Source: Octopus bimaculoides (Eukaryota). From it: a stretch of 45,328 nt of DNA. Location of the stretch: assembly GCF_001194135.2 (NCBI RefSeq), contig NC_068981.1, positions 16,749,078 to 16,794,405 on the forward strand. Reading direction: 5' to 3'. Every line of letters starts with the position of its first letter. The stretch's first letter is position 1. The notes under the pieces were generated by a model. That model saw only the letters and a program-made list of their open reading frames with translations, was not told the DNA's origin and did not search any database. This document shows positions 36,000 to 45,328 of this stretch, piece by piece. Both the position numbers and the translations under genes were made by a program.

Positions 36000-36420
36000 T
36001 ATTCTATTAAGAAATTTCCTGTAGCCTTTGAGCTTTTTGTGGAACGTAGGCTATCAACATATATTTTTTACATCCTCTTGTCATTCTGATGGGCCCTAAA
36101 GCATCAACAAGTTTTTCTAAGTAATTCTGTCCCGTGTAGCATATACTTCTGAATTCTGTAGCACATACTTCCCAAGTCGTTGCACCCTGTGTATAACCTC
36201 ATTCAGTTCATCCCCTCTCGCTTGTCTTGAATGTTATCGAGATATTCCTGCTGGCTTCTAGCAAAGCAAGGACATTTGCGCATTAGTAAGCACCATCTTC
36301 TTCGTGCCATGAGATGAGCAAGCTCTGCAGTTTCAATGTGATAGGTCTTGTCAGAGAGGACTCCATAAGTTTTTATTACAGAGTGACTCCCTCGTTTGAA
36401 CAACATTCATGCATCTTGCA
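36000..36420 (-). pseudogene. Possible Ty3/gypsy pol relic (RNase H-integrase junction)
   Basis: Minus-strand LEKLVDALGPIRMTRGCKKYMLIA resembles the integrase core start (VDxxGPxxxTxxGxKYxLxA). Surrounding sequence is very decayed. Confidence 0.4.
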
Positions 36421-37083
36421 TTCTCTTGAGGTTTCCATACTAAACTTATTCTGGGCTGCTAACCCAACGTACGACACATAACCTAGAACATCAGCTGTAC
36501 GTTTAGTAGTATTTTACTGTGTGACACCTACAGAAAAGCAGTTGGTATCAATTACATATTTTCTGAAGTGAGCTATGCATCTACATATGACATATCTACT
36601 GTATGTTATTTTCTATCAATCTATATACAGAAATTTTAACTTCAATTCTTACTTAAATAAAGTTCATAAATGGCTAAACCCTTATGCCAACGGAAAATAT
36701 CTCGTTTAGTATACACGATTCAAAGATACCGAAAGGTCTTTTACAATGGTAATATCTTGGAATTTGAAAAATACTAAAAGAAAAAAATCTTAAAAGGAAA
36801 TATAATGAGGTGCAATATTTTCACATCATATTCACGCCGGAGGAAATCATAGTTCGGAACTAAGGAGGTAATGGGTGAACTTTAATCTAAACTTCTCACA
36901 GTAAAAATTCAATGCTAAGATTTCGTAGAAAGTAGATATATATTCATACCAAATTTATTGATGATAAAATGGAAACTGGAAATGTCTTCTGGGCATCAAT
37001 TATAAATCTGTCGTCAGGTCACTAAATAAGCCAAGTAGTGCGCAAATACTCTAATATACTGATGATATCCAGCAGAGTTATTC

Positions 37084-37301
37084 AGGCAGCGAGCTGGCAG
37101 AAACGTTAGCCAGCCGGGCGAAATGCTTAACGGTATTTCGTCTGTCTTTACTTTCTGAGTTCAAATTCCGCTGAGGTCGATCTTACCTTTCATCTTTTCG
37201 GGGTCGATAAATCAAGTACCAGTTGCGTACTAGGGTCGATCTAATCGACTGGCCCCTTACCCCAAAATTTCGGGCCTTGTGCCTATAGTAGAAAAGGATA
37301 T
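37084..37301 (+). mobile_element. SINE family B, tail type 1, full length
   Basis: aggcagcgagctggcagaaacgttagc..tctgagttcaaattccgctg..gggtcgataaatcaagtaccag..aaatttcgggccttgtgcctatagtagaaaaggatat. Confidence 0.92.
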
Positions 37302-37594
37302 CCCGCTGAGTTATTAAGAAGGTTTGAAATAGTGATTAGTGACAATTTCTGACTCGTGTTTTCTTACCTCCTCACTCGCAACCAAATGGTGAACGTTCTG
37401 TGATCACTTGACTTGCTAGAAATAACAGCTAAAACTCTTTCAAGACACAGTATAATGGTTTAAAGAATGTAGAATACTCTGAACAATATAGTATTTGATA
37501 TATAAAATGCCAGGAATATCACAGCTGGTATGCTTTTCATCACAACTGCTGCAAAACAACCGACCTGGAACAAACAACAAAAACATGAGCGCTC

Positions 37595-37801
37595 TCAAAT
37601 TTTGAAACAATGCCAGCAAGTTTGGGGGAGGGCGTAAATCGAATGCATCGTCCGAATGTTCAGCTGGTATATTTTTTATCGACCCTGAAAGGATGAAAGG
37701 TGAAGTTGACCTTCGAATTTGAAGGCAGAACTTAAAGTGTCCAAAGAAATATGGTTGAGTATTTTGCCAGACGAGCTAACGATTCTATCAGATCGCCGAC
37801 T
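37595..37801 (-). mobile_element. Old family-B-related SINE
   Basis: ctggtatatttttatcgaccctgaaaggatgaaaggtgaagttgacc..gctaacgattct. Confidence 0.7.
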
Positions 37802-37821
37802 GAGTAACAACAAAAGATGCT

Positions 37822-38036
37822 TTCAAATTTTGGCACAGTTTTTGACCGGATGGGGAAGTGGATTACATCGCCCCACCCCCACCACCACTACTTGACTTGT
37901 TTTAGTTTTATCCACCTCTAAATTATGAAATGCGAAGTCAGCCTCGGTGGAATTTGATCTCAGAACATAAATACAAACGAAATACCGCTATGCATTTTAC
38001 CCAGCCAGCTAACGGTTCTCTCAGCTGACCGCCTTC
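37822..38036 (-). mobile_element. Old family-B-related SINE
   Basis: gtggattacatcg..gaagtcagcctcggtggaatttgatctcagaac..cgaaataccgcta..gctaacggttctctcagctgaccgcctt. Confidence 0.7.
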
Positions 38037-38586
38037 CTAATAACAAGTAATATCGATTGTTATTTTATTGCTCTAAAACAGACAAAATAAATAATAAAAT
38101 TTCTTATGTTGATTTTATAATTCTGATCACCTGTATCATAATACCTGTTTGCAGTAACTATATTCTAAAGGGGCCCTGTAACAACACAAGGGAAACTTTA
38201 TTCCATGCGATAAGTATTAATAAAATATGTATGTCATTTGAATATATTTCTGCAACGTTTATCACATACATTATACGATATTGTGAATAATTTGAATAAA
38301 TTCCAGGTGTTAGTTTTCTAAAACTGCCTGAGGATACACCGAAATTAATGTTTTGCATAAGTTCTTACACATTTCAGATGTGTGAAGCAAATACATTGCA
38401 TGCATCAGTTGTTAATTTTCTTCCAAGCAATATTATCTACAACTCATCCGCACCGATAAAAATACCTCATGTATGTGCGTGTGTGCGTGTGCTTGTGCGC
38501 ATGCGTGCGTGTATATGTAAGCATACATTCATGTACATATACATAAATATGTACATCATTTGTATATAGGTATGTATGTACGTGTA

Positions 38587-38590
<4 letters not shown>

Positions 38591-38662
<72 letters not shown>
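38591..38662. repeat. (TA)n microsatellite
   Basis: Direct reading. Confidence 0.95.
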
Positions 38663-38666
<4 letters not shown>

Positions 38667-40581
38667 GAGGACAAGTGTAGTCGACGCGTTTTGCAGTATA
38701 TATTGTTCATTCGTTGCTTATTTTAAATATTTAAATTGAATTTGTCTTATCGAGACGCAGTTCCACGTCAACGTGATCATGAGATGAATTGGTATTTGTT
38801 TCTGCAATCTTCTTTTATATGTGTGTGTGTGTGCGCGCGCGTATGAGTGTGTGTGCACGTGTGTATAAATGTGTGTGTGTGTGTGTTTATGTGTATGTAT
38901 GCGTGTGTATCATCATGCTGCATATCAAGTCGATCGAAACATGAAGAAAAGTAGCATAAAACAGAAATTCTCAAGGATTCTTTACTCGTAAGCCTTTCTA
39001 GTTTGCAAAATTTACCTTCTTGAACAAATCAAGATTAAATCTTTAAATATTTCTCACTCAAAACTACCTATACAATATCTACATGCATGCTGTCCATTTT
39101 ATTACATCGACACTGTGATATGTGGATCTACCTGATTCCGAAATGTAACTGGACAGTTTAGCTTTCTGAATAAGAGAATTCGAATTTTTTGCGTAGAATG
39201 CGAGATCCAAAAGCATCCCAAAATAAAATTTCCAAATAATGCTCCGGCGTTTTCCGATTGCTGTTGAGTTAATAGAAGTGAACGCGCTGAGAATGATCGA
39301 TTGACTAGATTTGTGCTATATCCCTCCCAAATATAGAAAGCAAGGAGTTTTATGGAGTGATCACATGAATAACATTAATGTTCCTAGTATTGAATGGTCT
39401 CATAAAACTACAATTTCAGAAATATCGAGATTCTGAACTGCACTGAGTGTGACCAAGTCATGTGTGGAGCTCAATTCGCCTTGCTAAGAATTAACTATCC
39501 TCGTGACATCTAGTTGGATCGGATACAAGCATGTGGATACCCAGCCGTTGGGATGTAAATCATTGCTTTATTCGTTTATTTTCATTTTGTTTTTGTATTT
39601 GGCTTCCATGATTCTTGATGAAAACTAATGTTGAAACAGATTTTGGTGTATCTCGGGGGCGTTATTATGCCAATACTAAATGTTCGCATATTTTGGAATG
39701 TGAGAAGGAAATGTTCATGTGGTTCCGAATGTTGTGTATCCTTACAGCTAAACCACTATGAAGTTTACGACTAACCAGCATACAATGGCCGTTGTCATTA
39801 TGGTTGAGTGGAACAGCTTAACAATTGTTTTCACAGGGTTTATGGAGTTCATTCTGTGGTGCTCAAAAAGATGCTCACACGAAATAAAGTTCAGAATATA
39901 CATTGTACTACTACCGCTGGGAGACATTTTGGAGCGTATTATCGTATCATCGCTGGAGTAAAAACAAGAATAAAACCCCAAACTCACATAACACGTTTAG
40001 ATGAATTATTCAATTAATATTGACTCCATAACAAATGTAAATATCCATATATTCACAGTCTATCCACAATACGCAGAGAGGCTTAACAAATCTGCTTTGA
40101 AATTAGAGAAGCCGTAATGGTCCAAGTAATTTCAACCATATCAACACAATGAACATTTAGGGTAATAAAGAATGGGGGCCGGTTTAGATAAGTATTGCTT
40201 CAACTAAATGTCCATAGTAAGAAGAAAGTGTGTTGAGGGACTTATTTATATACAACCAAGTAATGGAATAAATTTTAATGCAGATACAAGGACTCGCGAT
40301 TTGGGATTGGGCATAGACGATTACATCGTTTAGAGTCTTACCAAACTGTTTAACAAGTTAGTGGTATATTTATAAGTAAGTTAGTGCCTCTATATTTAAT
40401 AAGTTAATGTTACTATTTTTAAAATTATCATATTTAAAAACATGTTGGTGCCATTGTAACAATCAAGTAAAATTTTCGACGTTGAATAACAACTTTGTCT
40501 TTCTATATCTAAAAAGACTTCAGTGTTATCATATCTAAAGATAAATTAGTGGTACACTATGTAAGTTAGTGTTAGAATATT

Positions 40582-40670
40582 CGCAGCCACTTACAAGTTA
40601 ATTTCACGAGCACGTTGTTCCGTTGATCGGATCAACTTGAACCATTGTCGTCGTAACCGACGGAGTGCTA
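40582..40670 (+). mobile_element. 3'-end fragment of family C SINE (or of its partner LINE)
   Basis: cagccacttacaagttaatttcacgagc..gttccgttgatcggatcaac..gtcgtcgtaaccgacggagtgc, matching 16057-16141. Confidence 0.85.
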
Positions 40671-41235
40671 CTTATATGTTAATGTTACTTCATTTAATAG
40701 TTCAGTTAGTGTTAGAGCATCTAATCACAATTTATTTTTACTATTTTTGGGGTATAAATTAGTGTTATTATATGTAATGATACGTTAGTGCTACCATTTT
40801 CAATGGATATTTGAGTTGCATTTATGTTATCAACTCCGAAGTAAATTCCTGCGAGATTTCAAGTGAGAACTTAAAGAGATAAAACTGAATCCTACTAGGA
40901 ATTTTATCAATTGTTCTACAGATTCTGCTACTTTCAACTACAGAAGATAGCACCACTACCATTGGAGGCTTGGTCTGAGAAGCTATTTTTCATTTAATGG
41001 CCTCTCTCTCTATTTCACTGGTCCTTAACTCTAAAAGGCCGAAATCAAGTCGTGAACTTCAATGTCTACCTTGGTGAGCATTGAACTCGGAACGTCAAGC
41101 ATCATTACCAAATGATACAAGATATTCTGCTTTGGTTTTCTATCAATTCTTCTGTCTTCTAACATAGATGTAGTAATACGAATGTGTGGGAGAATGTTCG
41201 ATTTAATCACAGCCACTACTTGATTCATATATACA

Positions 41236-41304
41236 CAGAGAAAATATGAATGCAAAAATATGAATGCAAAAAATGTCATAGACAGAGAAAATATGAATGC
41301 AAAA
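41236..41304. repeat. Short local duplication, three copies of aaaatatgaatgcaaa
   Basis: Direct reading. Confidence 0.8.
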
Positions 41305-42910
41305 CTACTACCTCAAGAGATTTTATCCCATGATTCCAGACTGTTTTTTTTTTTTAGTGATTTCACTCAACTTTGTTTAGTATGTTTAGCGTGAATCTTC
41401 TAAAATACAACTTTACATCTACTATTGCGAAATATTCAGATACGATCAGTCTACATATAATATTGATGTTAGTGAGATTTCATCTATTTTCATAAAAATG
41501 TTACAGAAGTCAAGCATTACTGTCACATACATCATTTTGTCAAGTTCTTTCTTATGAATTTATGTATGTGTAAATGCGAATATACATGCATATATATNNN
41601 NNNNNNNNNNNNNNNNNNNNNNNNNNNNNNNNNNNNNNNNNNNNNNNNNNNNNNNNNNNNNNNNNNNNNNNNNNNNNNNNNNATATATATATATATATAT
41701 ATATATACGTATATGTGTGTATGTATGTACGTGGTGGGTGTCTCTCTGTGTGTATGCGCGTGTGTATGTGTATACACACACATATATATATATATATATA
41801 CACATACATATATACATATACATATACATATATATACTTTATTTTAATGCAGCAGAAATATAACAAAAGCTGTTACTCAGAGTTTCACGTTCCCGTTCAT
41901 CGGACAGTTTTGTTGTAATAGAACAGAAACAGAAATAACGATATGATAAAAATTAGTTAAAGGATACACCTTTAAAAATGGATTTGTTTCATTGGTCCTT
42001 TCAATTAATGATCTCAAGCATGCAGTGAACAAAATATACAAAATAAATGATTTCAATATAAATTCATCCTATTATAACAATCGAGGAAAACCTTAAGTCG
42101 AAGAGCGGATTCAAAATACATATTGTAAATAATTACATACGAAATAAAATTCAATTAACACATTAAAATTAAAATTAAAATTCTCACACTGCATTACATA
42201 ACTATTTTACAACAGTATACTAAACCATCAATGTACGTATATACATAAAATACACAGATGGATGCACACAGACTACATACATTAACAGACATATATATAT
42301 ATAAGACGTAAATATACACACAAATACAAATATACACATGTATACCTATGTACGCAACCATGCTCGCATGGAAAAAATCACTTGGTGTATACATATAGAA
42401 GTTATAACAGACAAGCTAGATGAGAAGTAAATTTTAAAACGTAGGGAGGGGGAAAGAAAAAGAAAAGGAAGGATCTTAAATGTAAGAGTAAGGGAGGGAA
42501 AGAGGAGAGAAGAGGATCGCATTGTTAAAAGACGCTATACAAGTAACGAAAAGGGAGAGAAAGGATACTTCCCGTAAGGAAAGAAAAAGAAAAAGAAAAA
42601 AGAAAAAAAGATAGGTGGCTGAATATGTGTAACAAATATACACAAAATAAAATTACGTATATATGAGTATACAAAAGTGTATATTAGCATAAATACACAT
42701 ATAAGATTCCACATATAAATATGTGGAAATATGCACGTAAATACACAGTCTGTTCTTCTCAATGCAATAAGGTTAATGCCATGTGTCTTTATCAATTTAT
42801 ACTACTCACGAAGGATACGATTTGCGTTTATTCACAAATGTTTCACAAACACGGGTGGAGATTTTGCTACTTCCTACGTTATCTTTGGCTTTATTATTAC
42901 GTAGTTTTCT

Positions 42911-43091
42911 AAGGCGGTGAGCTGCCAGAATCGTTAGCACGCTGGACGAAATGCTTACGGTATTTCGCCCGTCGCTACGTTCCGATTTCAAATTCTGCCG
43001 ACGTCGACATAAAGACTGGGGCATCAATGTAATCGACTAGTCCTCTCCCGCCAAAATCAAGGCCTTGTAGAAAGGCCTAGTAGAAAGGATC
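42911..43091 (+). mobile_element. SINE family B, tail type 1, central domain partly deleted
   Basis: aaggcggtgagctgccagaatcgttagcacg..tttcaaattctgccgacgtcgac|..ctggggcatcaatgtaatcgact..aaggccttgt..agtagaaaggat. Confidence 0.85.
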
Positions 43092-43621
43092 ATTGTATAA
43101 CTTCGAACAATGAATAATAAATCCATATTAAATTTTCTAGTTTTATTCCAGATCTTGTGTGAAAAGTGTTGTGTTGATAACCAGCATATCTCGTAACATG
43201 TTACGTCTATGGTGTTGTGCTAATGTTGCAATCTGTTTGGCGAGAATTTGTCATATCTGTATAACAAATATAACGACTGGTCGTGAAGTTTACATCTTTC
43301 ACATTGTAATAAAATTTATAAATTGCATTTACAATCAAAATCATTTGGTCACTTACAATTGATGTTCACTTGCTTGCTGACTTGTAGTATACTATTTATA
43401 AAATATTTTTCAATTTTATGGTGTTGTAGTATATTATTTTTATTAGACTATGATTGGTTGCGGTACAGGTTCAGTTCTGTTATATTGATTTTCTTGGAAT
43501 CCTACTCCTCAGCTCAAAAATTTTTGTATATTAGCTTTCTTTCTCCCTCTCCCTTTCCCTCCCTCCCTTTCCCTCTTTCTCTCTCTCACTCACTCTCACA
43601 CACACTCTGTATTATGTATGT

Positions 43622-43664
<43 letters not shown>

Positions 43665-43749
43665 NNNNNNNNNNNNNNNNNNNNNNNNNNNNNNNNNNNN
43701 NNNNNNNNNNNNNNNNNNNNNNNNNNNNNNNNNNNNNNNNNNNNNNNNN

Positions 43750-43797
<48 letters not shown>

Positions 43798-44551
43798 CGG
43801 CTGAGTGTTTATATCTGACTGTCTGCGTTTTAGCATATATAAATACATACTTACACATACCTCGACAGCATGAATATACTTACACATAATTCTATATTGA
43901 TACATGAAAATTTATCACATGTACACATAAACTTATATATTTTTACACATAAACATAGTCGTATGCATACGTACATTCATACATACATGCGCTTCTTTCT
44001 ATCTGCCGGCTTTTTTCCGCATTTTATTTGGCTTTTAATTCCCCCCCGATTTTTCTCTCTGCCCTTAGTTACATGTTTTCTTTCTGTTTCCCCTCCCTTT
44101 CGGTACCACGCGACCATCCCGATTCAGCCTTCCTGTTTTGCTTTACCACTGACCTGTTCAGTCACGCTTCTTCTGGTCACTGGCCCTCGAAGTTACCTCC
44201 AGCCCTGGGTTCACTTTTTTTACCTGTCTGTCGTTCTCTCTTCCTTTATATCTTTCCATCTCTCTACTTTCGTTTTCATGTTCTATAGGAAATCATGTTC
44301 AATTAGTGTTTCTTCTATAATACGTTTCTTGTCTCAATGATGTATCATAACCATAAAGCCTTTATTTGTTATGTATACTCAAATTACAACGAATAACCTA
44401 TGCCGTTCGTTTCTCTTCATCATTGTCCTTTACCTTCGTTCATTTATTGTCAGCAACGCTTGATATGATTTTTGGACGATATCTCATGAGGGAAGAACAA
44501 GCCCATGTCTTGTATGTGAATTTTCCTTTGTCGTCCTTCTGTACAATTTTT

Positions 44552-44926
44552 GAATATTGTGTGGCAAGAAGCTTGCCTCCCAACCACATAGTTCCGGGTT
44601 CAGTTCCACTCCATGGCACCTTCGGCAAGTGTCTTCTACTATAACCGCGGGCCAACCTAACCCTTGTGAGAGGATTTTGTAGACGGAAACTAAAAGAATC
44701 CCGTCGTCTATGTGTGTGTGTGTGTCTGTGTTTGTCCCTCACCATCGCTTGGCATCTGATGTTGGTGTGTTTACATCCCCGTAACTTAGTGGTTTGGTAA
44801 GAGAGACAGATAGAATAAGTACTAGGCTTACAAAGAATAAGTCCTGGGATCGATCTGTTCGACTAATGGTGGTGCTCCAACAAGGCCGCAGTCAAGTGAC
44901 TGAAATAAGTAAAAGAATAAAAGAAT
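44552..44926 (+). mobile_element. SINE family A, diverged full-length copy
   Basis: Head, CORE-like ggcaccttcggcaagtgtctt, short (TG)n, 3' module, aaaagaataaaagaata tail. Confidence 0.9.
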
Positions 44927-44959
44927 ATATATATATATTTTTTTACATATTTGTTTTGC

Positions 44960-45328
44960 AAGATTTTTTATGTGAAATCGCGTGTTGAAACAGATGTTGT
45001 TGTACTTGGGGATGGTCATATTGCCAGTTTAGCCAATAAAAACACACGCACTGTATATCTGGTGTTAATTTGCTTCAGCTTTATATTACATTAATCTTAA
45101 TCTTATTTCGGCCAGAGTTCTTTCGTCACACTTCTGTGACCTCATCAGTGGTCCTTTGTTTCCTTCTTTCTTATGTGTGTCTCACCTTGCTAACTATCAG
45201 CCATTTTGTATTTTGTATTCCTATTGTATGTGTCTACGCATGCGTGTCCTTCAATGTGTCTGTGTCTTTTGTAAGTGCATGTCTGTATGGGGAGTGTCTG
45301 TATCACCTATATTCTCTGTTAATACGTG
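44960..45328 (-). mobile_element. Probable Penelope-like element terminal region carrying a hammerhead; runs off the window end
   Basis: Inferred from the embedded minimal type-I HHR. No ORF is visible and the boundaries are approximate. Confidence 0.4.
45110..45154 (-). ncRNA. Minimal type-I hammerhead ribozyme motif, second family
   Basis: Minus strand GGACCA-CTGATGA-G-GTCACA-gaag-TGTGAC-GAAA-G-aa-CTC-TGGCC: 6-bp stem II with GAAG tetraloop, 2-bp stem III, CUC triplet, stem I GG(A)CCA/TGGCC. Confidence 0.65.

Noticed and set aside
38328-38344. CTGAGGA-TACACC-GAAA as a hammerhead
   Set aside because: The six intervening bases cannot form stem II, and there are no stems I or III.
39808-40017. 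Possible exon after the acceptor-like ttttcacag
   Set aside because: None of the three frames gives a recognisable protein, and there are no partner exons.
41236-41304. Repeat-spacer pattern as a CRISPR-like array
   Set aside because: Only three irregular AT-rich units in eukaryotic DNA, with no cas genes; a simple local duplication.
1-45328. ORF-track entries as genes
   Set aside because: Nearly all are translations of microsatellites (YIYI, THTH, ERER, LSLS), N-runs or SINE sequence. Only transposon relics give recognisable motifs.

Overview
AT-rich, repeat-dense eukaryotic non-coding DNA (intronic or intergenic) from a gapped draft assembly. It has about 10 N-gaps, nearly all flanked by TA/CA/GA microsatellites. 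The SINE repertoire strongly suggests an octopus (coleoid cephalopod); this is an inference from recalled repeat families, not a database result. I find no intact protein-coding gene, true tRNA/rRNA gene or CRISPR array. Almost every ORF in the supplied track is a translation of microsatellites, N-runs or repeats. The window holds about 30 copies or fragments of four groups of tRNA-derived SINEs (my labels A, B, C1/C2, D). It also holds a full-length decayed DD37D (maT-type) Tc1/mariner transposon, an internally deleted mariner, a Tigger/pogo-like MITE with a SINE nested in it, the 5' half of an L1/Tx1-like LINE, an RTE-like LINE RT relic and a possible gypsy integrase relic. The most interesting signal is hammerhead-ribozyme (HHR) cores from three unrelated sequence families. 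Family D is a tRNA-headed SINE-like element with an internal (AAT/AAC)n tract and a minimal type-I, Penelope-style hammerhead near its 3' end. It occurs five times, four of them as divergent inverted pairs, and one copy (35289-35334) looks structurally intact. A second well-formed HHR lies at 45110-45154 (-) and a degenerate third at about 17067-17119 (-). Ribozyme activity and novelty are untested inferences.
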